Shown here in pieces: positions 35,501 through 47,900 of a DNA stretch of 64,000 nt; within the stretch, counting starts at the first letter, position 1; each line of letters opens with the position of its first letter. The stretch spans positions 37,696,001 through 37,760,000 of the forward strand of contig NC_059431.1 of the NCBI RefSeq assembly GCF_021028975.2, given 5' to 3'. This DNA is from Sphaerodactylus townsendi. Taxonomy: Eukaryota. Both the position numbers and the translations under genes were made by a program. A model generated the notes under the pieces. The model made no database searches. It saw only the letters and a list, made by a program, of their open reading frames with translations, and had not been told where the DNA came from.

Positions 35501-37303
35501 CCGCCGAGATCCAGCCTGATTCGACTGAGGCCGTTGGAGGTGGTGGCAAGCTAGGCCTTGGAGTTCGCAAGGCTTTTGGTCTTGGGGGCCTTCAACGTCC
35601 ATGCAGATAACATTGCTTCCAAACTAGCTTCATGGTGACTCCCATAGGGGTCCTAGGATTCTCCCAATTTGTTTCAAGTTCCATACATAAAGCAGGACAT
35701 ACCCTGGATTTAATTTTGGGGGCAGCAATAGGAGTGGGTCTGATTGTTAATATCGAATTGCCATAGTCAGATCCTTATGCCCTAAAGGCCTGGCTGAACA
35801 TACCAAGTCCCTCCTGTATAGGCGGCAAGCTCATTTGGCTTGTCCATGGAGACTTATGGAACCAATAGGATTTCAGAATGTTCTATGGAATGGGTCTGCA
35901 AACTCTGGCTCTCCAGATGTTCATGGATTACAATTACCCACCAGTGCTGCACACTAACGTACAAAGTCCTAAAGAGCCTAGGGCCGACATACTTATGGAA
36001 CCATTTCTCCCATTAAGTCCCCCAAAGAGAACTCCACTCATCAAGAAGTATCTGCTTGTGATTCCTGGTCCAAGGGAAGTCTAGCTTGCCTAAACCAGGG
36101 CTTGGGCCTTTTAGATTCTGGCCCCCACTTGGTGGAACACCCTGTCTCGTGAGACCAGGGTCCCTTGGGATTTAATGCAGTTCCACAGGGCCTTTAAGAC
36201 AAGTTATTTCACCAGGCATGTGGTTGCAGCAGCAACAATTTACCATCAGGGTCTCCACCTTCCTGCCCTTCTCTTTGGAGCACCTCACAGATCCTCCATC
36301 CCTCTAATTAGCATTTTTTACTGGGTGTGTTTCACCATCTGGATTTTGTTTAGGATTTATACAGTTTTAATTGTCTGGTTTTATGATATTTATTGTGCAA
36401 TTTTTTGTACCTGTTTTCAATATATGAATGCTGGAAAAGGGCAGGGTGGTATAAATACCTAATAAAATAAATTAAAATAAAATAAATCTGCATGGCTGTT
36501 CTGATGACATCATAACACAACAATAGAGAGAGCAAAACTTTAACACAGATGATGATACACAACCTAATTCCACAAAGGTTTTTTTCCTGATATAATAATG
36601 GTTCTGTTCCATTTTCCCTGCCTCTGTTTTCTCTAAAAACAAATAAAAATGTGCAGTTTATTTCTTCGTCTTAAATCCTTACCCTTGAGGAGGCTGTTAC
36701 AGCATAATTGTATGGATGGACGGGAGAAAAGTCAATTTTATTCACTGCACCAAACTCCTTTATCTGAATGGGAGCCTGGAAAAAGGGGAGCACAATTTAT
36801 ACACATTTCATCTTTTAATTGTTTTTAACTAACAGAATATTTACAAACACTTTAAAGAAACACAAACTTTTAAAAAAGGATTTTGATTTTTTTTAAAAAA
36901 AAATTTTTCATTTACAGTACACTCTGAAGCAGAACTGGACTTAGACGGGTGTAACTCTTCTTAGGATGGCAGTGTTAGGACTGTAAAAAGATGCACATCT
37001 GCCACAGCATTACTTAATATAAAGTGAACACCAATGTTAATTTAATATTGTCACCTAGCAAATATTGTCACCTAGCACAAATGCAGTAATCAGCTGCTAT
37101 CTTGAGTTGTTTGGCATTTTGCAGCATCAAACGTCAAATTAAACACCTCATGTCTTCAAATCAATGCGGGTACAACCCAGGTCTAAACCCAACAATTACC
37201 TTTGCATTCTTACCTTGTAATTCTTCCAGTATAAAGTATCCTGTGTTACTTTTTCACCAAGTTTTGGATAACTCTGAATCACAACAGGTTTGTAGCTAGC
37301 CAT
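23393..37303 (-). CDS. UTP15: U3 snoRNA-associated protein 15 homolog (WD40 repeats + UTP15 C-terminal domain), complete CDS, 12 coding exons, 509 aa
   Basis: Exons (-): 37303-37214, 36775-36683, 35042-34858, 34333-34155, 33813-33688, 33075-32940, 31212-31128, 30500-30354, 29458-29357, 27309-27176, 25477-25419, 23586-23393. Total 1530 nt, all GT-AG, continuous frame from [26 protein letters not shown] to LEENRLDGV*. Confidence 0.97.
25419..25477 (-). CDS. UTP15: UTP15 coding exon 11 ([19 protein letters not shown])
   Basis: tgcag| ... |gtaggt; 59 nt. Confidence 0.92.
25630..25935 (+). mobile_element. L1-like LINE ORF2 C-terminus and 3' end
   Basis: [10 protein letters not shown]...[13 protein letters not shown]...W..W..YL pattern, followed by an AT-rich UTR. 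Confidence 0.55.
25963..26286. mobile_element. hAT non-autonomous DNA transposon
   Basis: CAGG...CCCTG termini; perfect 8-bp TSD CTGTAGGA. Confidence 0.75.
27176..27309 (-). CDS. UTP15: UTP15 coding exon 10 ([34 protein letters not shown]...)
   Basis: tccag| ... |gtaact; 134 nt. Confidence 0.93.
29357..29458 (-). CDS. UTP15: UTP15 coding exon 9 ([17 protein letters not shown]...ALDAVLQ)
   Basis: tttag| ... |gtaaac; 102 nt. Confidence 0.92.
29530..30180 (-). mobile_element. Decayed LINE 3' fragment with CCHC zinc knuckle (RTE-X-like)
   Basis: RFNIL...[10 protein letters not shown]...[17 protein letters not shown]; 3' end gccaataaaaggttga(tgaa)n. Confidence 0.6.
30354..30500 (-). CDS. UTP15: UTP15 coding exon 8 ([21 protein letters not shown]...RNYMPKQ)
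   Basis: tttag| ... |gtatat; 147 nt. Confidence 0.93.
31128..31212 (-). CDS. UTP15: UTP15 coding exon 7 ([28 protein letters not shown])
   Basis: tgcag| ... |gtacgt; 85 nt. Confidence 0.92.
31375..32200 (+). mobile_element. CR1 LINE 3' fragment interrupted by a hAT element
   Basis: CR1 3' signature (agattccacctaaac...ggacttgatggcccttgtggtctcttccaa...ttctatgattct). Confidence 0.8.
31414..31914. mobile_element. hAT non-autonomous transposon (~500 bp) inside CR1
   Basis: TIRs CAGTGGTGGCGAACCT / AGGTTCGCCATCACTG; perfect TSD TCGTAGAG. Confidence 0.88.
32940..33075 (-). CDS. UTP15: UTP15 coding exon 6 ([29 protein letters not shown]...SGSLD)
   Basis: tgcag| ... |gtttgt; 136 nt. Confidence 0.93.
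33688..33813 (-). CDS. UTP15: UTP15 coding exon 5 ([13 protein letters not shown]...GGLLVTA)
   Basis: tttag| ... |gtatgt; 126 nt; contained in ORF 33605..33898. Confidence 0.94.
34155..34333 (-). CDS. UTP15: UTP15 coding exon 4 ([21 protein letters not shown]...NLFVT)
   Basis: tttag| ... |gtttgt; 179 nt; WD40 motif. Confidence 0.93.
34431..34472 (+). repeat. 18-bp tandem repeat (ctcaggcc.gggccaggc), ~2.3 copies
   Basis: Directly visible. Confidence 0.85.
34858..35042 (-). CDS. UTP15: UTP15 coding exon 3 ([20 protein letters not shown]...RQFEGHT)
   Basis: tttag| ... |gtaaga; 185 nt. Confidence 0.93.
35480..36488 (+). mobile_element. Internally deleted L2-like LINE (APE endonuclease remnant joined to 3' end)
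   Basis: Translates to [27 protein letters not shown]; L2-type 3' end and (TAAAA)n tail. Confidence 0.65.
36683..36775 (-). CDS. UTP15: UTP15 coding exon 2 ([11 protein letters not shown]...AVTASSR)
   Basis: tccag| ... |gtaagg; 93 nt. Confidence 0.93.
37214..37303 (-). CDS. UTP15: UTP15 coding exon 1 ([30 protein letters not shown])
   Basis: ATG at 37303; donor AAG|gtaaga; 90 nt. Confidence 0.93.
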
Positions 37304-37553
37304 TATTTCTTTCAAATAATTTCTCCTCAGGCAGGAAAATATTATCTTCCAAGTATGTCAGCCTCTTAGAAAAACAAACAAAAACTTCACTGAAATTACA
37401 AGGATACCCCATATAGTTAAATCTATCCACAATGCTAAGTAAGAATGTATGGTTAACTTTCAACTAATTCACACATTATTGGTATACAATTTTGAGTAAA
37501 ACTGCTTTTTTACTCAGCAGTGTACTTTTTGCTTTTTTACTCAGCAGTGTACT

Positions 37554-37853
37554 CAGCAGTGGCATAGTGGTTAACAGCAGGTGTACTCTAATCTGGAGGA
37601 ACCAGGTTTGATTCCTCACTCTGCCACCTGAGCTGTGGAGGCTTATCTGGGGAATTCAGATTAGCCTGTACATTCCAACACACGCCAGCTGGGCGACCTT
37701 GGGCTAGTCACAGTTCTTCTGAGCTCTCTCAGCCCCACCTACTTCACAGGGTGTCTATTGTGAGGGGGGAAGGGAAAGGAGTTTGTAAACCCCTTTGAGT
37801 CTCCTTACAGGAGAGAAAGGGGGGATATAAATCCAACTCTTCTTCTTGTTCTT
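37554..37853 (+). mobile_element. Young tRNA-derived SINE (Squam3-like)
   Basis: A-box tggcatagtgg, B-box ggtttgattcc, 'gggcgaccttgggctagtcacag' core, (TTC)n tail. Confidence 0.75.
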
Positions 37854-38925
37854 TCCCTGCAATGACCAACTGGAATGTTCCCACATTTCTATCATTTCAC
37901 AGAATGTCAAAACAGAAATGTTCAGAATAGCACTTTTATAAAGAGATTGGAATGGTAATAGTGGAACAACACAGGGAATCACTTCTATAGGATATAGTAA
38001 TGTAGTTTATTTCACAGTTTATTGTACATATCAGCTCTCTTTTTGCTTTAACGTCCTGTACTTTCATCATAATGGTATAACATGCTTTAGACCAATTTTT
38101 ATTTGCATTGTTGTTTTTTCAGTTCTAAAATTTAACAAACAGTACCAACAACAAGGGAATTAGTAAACAGTACACATTGCAATCATATAGCTGGAACATT
38201 TATTCTCTATACCTAAAGCAAAATGAAGAATGCATACTAGCCAAGATCAATATTTCACCTAGAATGACAAAGCTAAGCTCCAGCTGGGTCCAACAATTCT
38301 GTACTAACAAATAGTAGATTGCACAAACAGAAATATACATGGAATAGAAGTTGGACATAACTATCTAATGATGGTAGATTGACATTAGCTCTATCATGGA
38401 AAAACTCTCTATTAACAATAGCACTTTTAGTAATTTAATCCTGCAGATTTCAAATACCTGCCTCTTGTTCTCACACAATCCTATTCTAGTCAATAATACC
38501 AAATACCAGGAGGAGTTTGCACATATTTTGCAGACCAGAAACACTCAGGCAAAAACAGGAAATAAAGCGTACTATCCTAATATTGGTCACAGCGTCTGAA
38601 CTAGCAGAGACCATTCGCAGTTTAGAGTGTTTAAAACAGCCAATTCCGTTTTAGGTACTTTAGTAAACGGCTTGACAATAAAACTGCTACAAGTATAATA
38701 CCTTCATACAAATCTATTTTGGCTTCATTTGGAATACTACGAAAATGCTGCAAAACTGGCATGACAGAGTTTTAAAACATGCGGGAAGAGAAAGCAAATG
38801 AATCAAGGCAAGAAAAAAGCCTAACTTCAATAAAATCACTTGTGAGCAGGGAGTGTAGGGAAGTGGACTTTATCACTCCCCATCCCACCCCGTTGGTCCC
38901 TGGTGGAAGCAGGATGGTGCACTAA

Positions 38926-39064
38926 GGCTCCTTCCACACATACAGAATTATGTACTTTCACAATTGTTTGCAAGTGGATTCTGCTATCCGCACAGTACAG
39001 TACAGCTGCAAAGTGGACTGAAACTGGACTGAAAGTGCATTATTCTGCATTTACGGAAGGGGCC
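38926..39064. mobile_element. PIF/Harbinger-like MITE
   Basis: Imperfect TIRs GGCTCCTTCCACA.. / ..CGGAAGGGGCC; same family as 41100-41240. Confidence 0.6.
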
Positions 39065-39329
39065 AGAGATGGATCCTTGGTCTGACCCAGCAGGGTTCTT
39101 CTTGCAGAAGGACTACTTTTTCAAACTGTGGAGCTTAAGTGACGTGAAGAGCTATCGCCGGCTAAAATCATCTGAAAATCTGAACTCCAACAATAACGAC
39201 TGTGCGGAATCACTCATATTTAGAACGAGTTGCATTCGTTATAAATGAACTCGGTTTCCCCTTTTGATAAATGGAAAATGAATTCATTTAGAACGATTGC
39301 AACTCGTTACAAATATGCTGCGGGGAATC

Positions 39330-39960
39330 CACCTCTGCCTGATGGGCCCTCGTGTCGCCAAACTGGCTCCTCACTCACCCTCGAAGTCCACACTACTTTC
39401 CGTCTTCAGACATTTGCAGTCACGTTGCTTCGCAAGGAAGCCGCCATCCCCACGGGGCAGTTTCAGGAAGCGGAAATTCCGTCACGACTTTCGTCACGAG
39501 CGCTGCGCCACAGGTTCCAGCATGCACTAACATGGCGTCTTGTTCCACATAGAGCTAGAAAAAGTCTGAGTTCCGCGGGGCTTGTGTGGTTCATGCATAG
39601 TCCTTGCTCCCATGACGTTTAATCGCTGTTGATCCAGTTTCACTCCGCCTAGGATCGCTCGGCTGCCAACAAAAGTCGCTTTTGTGATGACGGAGGCTGA
39701 CGTACTTGCCCGGGTGGTTATAACATGGAAAGTTGTGCTGTTTTATTCCGGGTTCGTCCTGTGGGTTGGACGGAAGTAACGTCACGACGTAACCAGCTAG
39801 CCACAACAATACTGTCACCGTCATAACATTAGCGTGGAAGGACACGAGGCTGCGGAGGTGGAAGGTGTGTAGTGATAGGAGGAGGAAATCATTGTATGGG
39901 CGTGGAAACGGAGGGAAGGTCAAGCGGAAGGCGCATGTCCTGCCCTGATAGCGAGCCTGC
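39330..39960. promoter_or_regulatory. Bidirectional CpG-rich promoter shared by UTP15 (-) and ANKRA2 (+); candidate UTP15 exon 1 donor GAGG|GTGAGT at 39379/39378
   Basis: CpG-rich; divergent YY1-like ATGGCG motifs (~39440 on -, ~39531 on +); ETS CGGAA motifs; repeated GTCACG/TGACGT motifs; lies between the first coding exons of the two genes. Confidence 0.8.
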
Positions 39961-41099
39961 CAATTAAAAGAGGCTGCTGAAGCTCCGCTCTCTGTCTTCA
40001 GAGGTGGGGCAGGTGGTGACTAGGGTCAGGGCCTTTTTTGTGACGGCACCTTGTTTCTCGAACACCTTTCTCTTTGAGTCTTGCCTGACACCAATTTTAC
40101 TTTCTTTTGATTTATGGATGGGTTATATGTTGCTTGTGTATAACGGCTTGAAAGAGTTGTGCTGGGGGGTTTAAGTGTAAGCTGCCTTAAGCAGAACTTT
40201 GAAAAGGGGGCATAGAAATATTCTGAATAAATAACTACTATGCCTGGTCCTCTTTATGCTTAGAGACCGGCAGATGTGAGTCCCTTTGACGCAATGCCAA
40301 ATCCCTTCTCCAAAACTGCAACCCTATTGTTTGTTTCATATTTGTTTGTTTCTTGAATTTGGACAAAGCGGTGCAAAAAGGTTCTGTCACAATGAATTTG
40401 TTCGTGTTTAAAAGTACCTCATGGCTTCTTGTTATTTTGCTGTAGCTTCTCAAGAGAGAGAATTATGTCATGATTTGTATCTGTCCATATTCCTATACAG
40501 GGTACATGGCTCATTGCCCATAACAACTGGAGTAGACTTGGGGGCATTAAAGCAAAGCAGCCCTTTACCACCATCACCACCCCCAACAGAGGGTTTTTTT
40601 TAAAAAAAGAAAACAGCTGGCAGTTCTTACTGAAGCAGTTTTGCCAAAAAGTTGAAAGTCCTAGCTATTTTTACACCCCAGCAAATACTATAGTAATGGT
40701 TGATCTAGTTACAGAACTAGTTTTTAATAGCCTAATGGACTTTCTGGATCATAGCATGGTTTTCAGAGCATTCCTTCCAAGTTCAAAGACCAGGGACATC
40801 CATGACCACGCTGCTGATGTTATTCAATTATAAGCAAAATTATGGTTAAGCTCCAGCATTACTTGTTCATAGGTAGCAAATTTGCCAGTACTTGAGGACA
40901 TGCAGAAGTCTCAAAATGAAATCATGACATCTCTGATTAAAGGATCTGACAGTAAGTTATGTGAAAGACCACTTGCCAGAGACCCTGGAGAACCACTGCT
41001 GGTTCAGACAGACAGTATTAAGTTTGATAGACCCATAATCTGTTTTAGTATTACACAGCTTCATGTACTTACTTTAGACATGGCATCACTACAAGCTCA

Positions 41100-41240
41100 G
41101 GCCCCTTCCGCACACGCAAAATAATGCGTTTTCAAACCACTTCTACAACTGTTTTCAAGTGGATTTTGCCATTCTGCACAGCTTCAAAGAGCACTGAAAG
41201 CAGTTTGAAAGTGCATTATTCTGCATGTGCGGAATGAGCC
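41100..41240. mobile_element. PIF/Harbinger-like MITE
   Basis: ~28-bp TIRs starting GGC; 3-bp TSD TCA. Confidence 0.75.
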
Positions 41241-41623
41241 TCAGAAAATACTGAAGTAAGAAAAAATTGATCTTGATACTTGTTTCTGTCATAAAAATGA
41301 CTGTAACCATTAGCTTTAAAGAAACTGATTTAAAGCAACCAGACAATGCAAGGTTTGCAGCCTGTATTACGTTTGAGGAGCTGTTTTGCAATTTTTAATG
41401 CATATGGGGTAGGCAGTATTCTGCAGCATTTTGAAAAGGAAAAAATTACATCTGTTCATCTTGATGAATTTGTTTCTTTTGTGGCATTGTGTTCTGACAT
41501 GTTATTATTTTGTGCTCAATTGCAGGTTATGTAAATCTCAGCCACTGGAACTTTGTTTTTGGTTTTTAAAAATACAATCAAAGAAAAAAAACTACAAGAC
41601 AATACATAGCTAAGTTTCAGATA

Positions 41624-41912
41624 ATGGAATCCTCAACAAATTTAGATGTTGGAGCTCAGCTAATTGTGGAAGACTGTGCTACCAGCTACAGCATCTCTCA
41701 CATGCCAGATATTAAAGTGGAGCATCACCTTGATTCCAGCATTGAAGAAGGACCAGCACAGAGTGTTGCAATGGGAATGAAATTCATTTTGCCCAATAGG
41801 TTTGACATGAATGTATGCTCCCGTTTTGTGAAGTCCTTGAATGAAGAAGAGAGCAAAAACATCCAAGATCAAGTGAACTCTGATCTTGAAGTGGCATCTG
41901 TATTATTTAAAG
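41624..41912 (+). CDS. ANKRA2: ANKRA2 coding exon 1 (exon begins at 41526)
   Basis: [12 protein letters not shown]...VASVLFK; donor G|gttggc; 289 nt. Confidence 0.94.
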
Positions 41913-44900
41913 GTTGGCATTTTAAAATTATGTTTTGTTTATTATTTTAAGAAATGGGGAAAATAGTATAACAGCAAAGGAATGCATAAGGGGATATAAT
42001 CACTTTTCATGTTTTTCTCGTTTATGGAATACCTTTAAGAGTCAGTGATAGGTTTGGTCACATATTAGATTAGATTAGAGACTAGGAATTAAAATAGTCA
42101 GCTGGCAAATTGCACGTGGTGAGTAAGAATTTCCTCCAGGAAACCTGTTAGGAATGTTTCACAATGATTACTTTAAAATCTCTTTTTAGTATACCTATGG
42201 TTAAATTAGATGCATGTAAGTATGCAGTCTGGGGGAGGAAATTACAAATTTAGCTGTGAGGCACATACAGCCCAATCTTGCATCTGTTTACTTAGAATAG
42301 CTAATTTAAAGCTATTTTCCTTTTCCTGAGGTTACAAGAAGTTTGTTAAGATATCTTCTTTTGTTTTTTTAAACAAATGTTTCTAGGCAAAAACAGGTTA
42401 TAAATAGTGGGAGCTCTGACTTCGCCCAAGAAGAGGTGTGATGAGTTAGACATTTACCCCCGACTTTTAGGCCTAAGAGCTGGCTGCATTTAGCCAAGCA
42501 ATCATAGAGTTCTGTTCAGTTGAGTTGGTGAATCTCCATTGCTATAAAAGCCTTAGTGGCAGTTACAGAGAAGCTGTGGGGAGAGAGTCAGTTGGTAGAA
42601 GCTTGAGCTGAGGAGTCAACTGTGGTTCTGGCTTCTCATTTCTCCATGGGAAAGAGAGGAAAGTGAAGGAGAATTCTGTTAATGGTGGTATCGCTAGATT
42701 AGGAGAATATGATCTTGTGATGTTAAGATTATCTGTTCGGATTTTTTCATTCTACCATTGTAACTGTGTAATACTAGGTTTGAACCCTTGTCGATGTGGT
42801 TTCTAATCACCTGTTAGATAATATTTGATAGCTGTAAATTACCTTGGATGCCTAGACAATAGAACAATTATGCCAGTCTTGTCTTTTTGTATTGCAGTGC
42901 ATTCTAAATTCATAGAATCATAGGTTGGAAGAGACCACAAGGGCCATCAAGTCCAACACCTTCCATGCACATACTCTCAAAGTATGTTCAATGTTGCAGG
43001 CCCTAGGAACTGTGCATTATGATGCTTAGTTCTCAGTATACTTGTTTAAAATCAGGCTGTTGATGCTGGATTTGCATATTGATTCCTGAACACAAGGTAT
43101 GGAAAGACAATTCATTGATTTTAGTGGAATTTATTTCCAAGTGTGTATTCTTAGGCTATTCTTGATCTAGATGCCCTAGGTTGGATCAGTCTCAGAAGTT
43201 GGGCAGAGTTGGTCTTTGTTGGTATTTGGATAGGAGATCACCAGGGAATATTAGGGTCTCTGTGCAGAGGCAGACCATCCTGAAGTCTCTTGCCTTGAAA
43301 ATCCTACATGATGGTCATGTCTGATTCAACTTTATGGCAAAAAAAGCTTAGGTTATTTCTTTACACATTAATTTGCCTTGTGTTCGGAGCCTAAAGGTTC
43401 CTGGCTAGCCTGCAGTTAGATATGTATTTAAGCTATAGGCACTATAACCTTACATTGAAGAGTTTCATCATTTACCTCTTGGGAGTGTTGGAGTTCTAGG
43501 TTTCTATAGCATTGACTATATTGTTGGTAAGGTTGTCTTCACATCCTGGCACTTGAATTGCCTCCAAGAGCTCATACTGAATAGGCATCCTTTTGCACAA
43601 CATTAAAGAGCAATCAGTTCCATTAGGCTGACTTCAACTGTAGTCAAGAGAGCCAGTTTTCAGTGACAGCTATGTGAAGGGGTGAAGTAGCCTCTTTCAC
43701 TTTGGAGGAAGACTTCCACATAAATGTGCTTTGGTAGCATCCTTGGGATATTACTTTTTTTACTACTCACTACAACCTCTTCTTTTCTTCTTTCACCTAG
43801 CTGAATGCAATATTCATACTACTTCTCCTGGAATTCAAGTCAGACATGTCTATACCCCTTCAACTACAAAACATTTTTCACCTATAAAACAGTCCACCAC
43901 TTTAACTAACAAGCATAGAGGAAACGAAGTCTCTACAACACCTCTGCTAGTGAACTGTAAGTAGAATGGTAAACTTTAAAACTTTGTTCGGGGAGCTTCT
44001 GTTGGGACAGTACAAGATGCCAGCATTTTGGTTCTCCTTAAGAATATTATTATATGTTTCCTGTGTTGTTTTTGCAGCTCTCTCCATTCACCAGCTGGCA
44101 GCTCAAGGGGAAATGTTATATCTAGCCTCACGCATAGAGCAAGGTAAGGATTTGTTAGGTCTTCCCTTTAGCAGTGGGATAACTTGTGAGGATAGGTTAC
44201 GCCTGTTTGTATGGCTGATTCCCATTCAGTCTCCATTTCATGCATTCCTCTTCTATTTTCTGTCTCAGACCTTATTGTTCAGTGAATGACAACATTAAGA
44301 TTTCAAGCATTCCTGTGTCAATCTTCAAATGTACAGCACTAGGAAAGCAGAAGGGTTAAAAACAAAAACTGTGTCTTCACGCTCTCTAGTCAAAGGCAAA
44401 CTGCATGTTATGTTTTCAATTACAATGTCCTTGAGTCAGCTGGAAAGGCATATTCTGAAGTTCCACATATTCCAGGCCCAGTTCATATTGGGACAGTACA
44501 AAAAGTGTGCTTAGACCTCCCTTCCTGCATGTGGTCCTGCCCTGAAATAGCCAGGGAAAGAGGGGGGGGGGTGAGGGCAATTATTTGCTTATATTGTAGA
44601 AATGTAGCACATAGTTCACCAGTATATATGCAGGCATCATTAGGGCAAATAGCATCCCCCTGGGCCATTGAAGGTTGGGACAATGACACAGAGAAGAAAT
44701 CAAACCCCTCACACCAGTGCACCAAGGTCCCAGTCCAGATAAGCACACACAGAATGTGCTTCTCCATCTGACTGAGGATCATCCTCTGGGAAAATGTAAC
44801 GTGTAGTTAGCCAGCGGTTCCCAACCAGGGTTCCGTGGTACCCTAGGGTGCTGTGAGCATGTCCCAGGGGTACCGCGGCAACCCTACCGGCCCCCCTCAC

Positions 44901-47900
44901 TTTTGTGGTGTCTCCTGCCGGCCCCAGCAAGGACATGGAGCTGCCCAGGGGGCAGGGCCTACCACAAGGTCAGCAGCAACTTCCCGCACCCCCCTGAGTG
45001 GTTCTCCTGGGAGGGGAAGGGGGGGTGGCATTCAGGGGCACTGGGAGGGGAAGGGGGGGAATGGCAGGGATACCGTGAGATGTGAAGAGTGAGGTCAAGG
45101 GTACCGTGATGTCAAAAAGGTTGGGAAACGCTGAGTTAGGCACTTGGCCATATTTGTGATTTTAAGCAACAATGACCTTTTTTCAAGTTACAGCTCATGT
45201 CAGAGATATTTGATTTTTCTGAATTGTGCAATGGTTCCAAACAATAAAAACCGTTAGCCCCTCCCACTTATTGTGACAAGCCTTTTTCAGTAGCACCACA
45301 GTATTTATCCAGTATCTATATTTGCTGACAAAGTTGGTAGAGTTGCTGTTTTTGTTTTTCTCTGTTCTTGACAACAGCAAGCCTGGCATTTGTTAACTGC
45401 TGTACAGCATTACTGTGGCGGTGGGATCCATAGTCATCCGTTATTTGTGGTCGCTTCAGATGTCCCTTCCCCACTGCCAGGATGGTGGACAAATTAAGAT
45501 GGGCTGCCCCTGGTGGAGGATGGAATCCCAAGGATTTCTGAGAACTCTGGGTTATTTTCCTGGCAATATGGCTGGCACTCCTGTCAAGGCCCTGGTCTCA
45601 CCTTGGAATGATGATATTAGGAGGGCCATTTACATGATCGTTTCTGAGCACCCTCGCCCCACTTGCAGAGCTCTTCAGGCCCCAGGGTATGCTGGGGATT
45701 TGAGGGTAGTGAAGCAGGAGGGGTGAAGGCATGAGTGCAGGTGGCAGAAATCTCAGTCCAGATCTGACCGGACACCGGTGAGAGCCCATAATCAGGCCTA
45801 CTCAGTGGCAGGGGTGCCAGCAGCAGTGAAGATCTTCCTGTTAATCCAGAAATTTGGCTAGCTTCCCTGGAAGCCTCTCTCCAGCTGCTAGGGTGGGTTT
45901 GCAAGAGTAGGGATTGGGATTAAATTTTATGCTATTTTTATTGTTTTGTTTTAATTGTTATAGTTTATTTATGATGTTTATTGTGGTGTTTTATTGTTTT
46001 TAACCTTGTGTAAGCCACCTAGAGACTTTGGTATTAACTAAATAAATGTATGCTCATATAGAATTAATTTCTAGGGGTATGCCAGCTTTCTGTATGTCTG
46101 TGCAATTATGTTTTGTTTAATCAGATGCAAAGTTGGAGTTATCAAAAAAAATTAAAGTCTTAATATAACGACTATTTAGGACTTCACGTTGAACTTGGAA
46201 CAAATTTCAGTTCCTAACTTGGAGACTTAGGGCTGTGCCTTGCAAAGATCCAGTGTTTTAAGGGAGCACTCGGCTATCAGGCAACTGATTTTGAGATTTA
46301 TTCAGTCAAAGAGTTTTTAATCTTCGTGTGGCTTGTTACGATAATGCCCCCTCACAGTTGGGTCCCAGCTCCTGCTACACCTAAGTCCTTTATGTGCCCC
46401 AATGATGAGATTGTTCACCTGTTTGTGTTGTCCAATAGAAAATGTAATCAATCATACAGATGAAGAAGGCTTTACCCCTCTGATGTGGGCCGCAGCCCAT
46501 GGGCAGATAGCGGTGGTAGAATTTCTCCTTCAAAATGTAAGTGAAAACATCACCCACATCGTACTTAAGCCTTGTAGTATAGTCAGTGAGAGTAGTGTTG
46601 TAAATTTAAAAGAGGCCATTGCTTTTTTCCCTCTCTTCCAGCAAGCTACGGTTTGGACTGAGCCGCTAGGCCAGTTGCCCCCACCCACCCCCCTCCCCTC
46701 CAACCCTATGTCTACTGCCCTGGCCTCAGGCTTTCTAAATGCATGAATGAATCTGTTCTCCAAACAGTTGGGGGTCAAATCATATTAGGCCTTGTACTTC
46801 CCAATAACAAGGCCATTCTCAAGATCAGCAGGATAGGGAGTGGGACGTACCGGTATGTTCTGCGAGATAGTTACTTGCTGCAGCCAAAGCATTTAGGTTT
46901 AGGCCACCATAAAAGTTCACACTATCAGGGAATTCTGGCCCACTGGGAGACTGGGCTCACCACCTGAGAATCTGAACCAAACAATATACAGAGAGCACCT
47001 TAGAAAAATAATTATTGTCCACAAGGAAAGACCAAAAATCTCTCAGCAGGGTTGCAGAACAGTTTCTCTCAACATAAACATAATGTTAAAGTTTTATAGG
47101 CAGATACAGTCACTATAATTAGACAAGACTGATACAAGTTATGCTGACACTAATGCTTGGCAAAGATTAATTTTCCTTATCAGCACTTACATTTTGAGAA
47201 CTTATCTGCTTCTTTTCTCTTGCTTCCTTCATGAACTAGGGTCAGCCTGACCTGGTTCAGAAATAATTTTGGACAGAGAGCAATGGAAGACACAACAGAC
47301 AGCCTAGTTAAATACAATTTATAGACCACTGCATAAGGACAATTTATTAGATATGTCACTGCCTCTTTAGTTTATTTCATAGACTAGCTTCAGCTAAAAT
47401 ATCAGGCCAAAGCTGTACTGTGATTATACTTTGATTCTTTCAGGCCTTCTCTTTCAACATATTTATTTTGGGATAAGTTTTTGTGGGCCAGATTCATGAA
47501 GTGAAGATCATCTTTTCAATTACTTTCAGACTTCCATAAAAAAGCAGGATGGGGGAACGGAAGCAGTAATTTTCGCTGGCATCAAAGCAGATTGAGGCTG
47601 CATATAAAATAAGCCGATAGACCAAATGATCCCTGAAACACTGTTTTGCTTAAAAATTTTGTCAGAGGTGTAAGATCTCTAGAACGTTGTCAGTATACAA
47701 GCGGACCTCTGGAGTTCTTTTCACCTGTGATTGTGAAGCTAATGCCTTTAAAACTTGGTTTGTTTTTCCCTTCAGGGTGCAGACCCACAGATCCTGGGGA
47801 AGGGGCGAGAAAGTGCACTGTCATTGGCCTGTAGTAAAGGATACACAGACATTGTCAAGATGTTGATTGACTGTGGAGTTGATGTCAATGAATATGACTG

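Noticed and set aside
37554-37625. tRNA gene
   Set aside because: A/B boxes continue into a SINE body and tail; no full cloverleaf.
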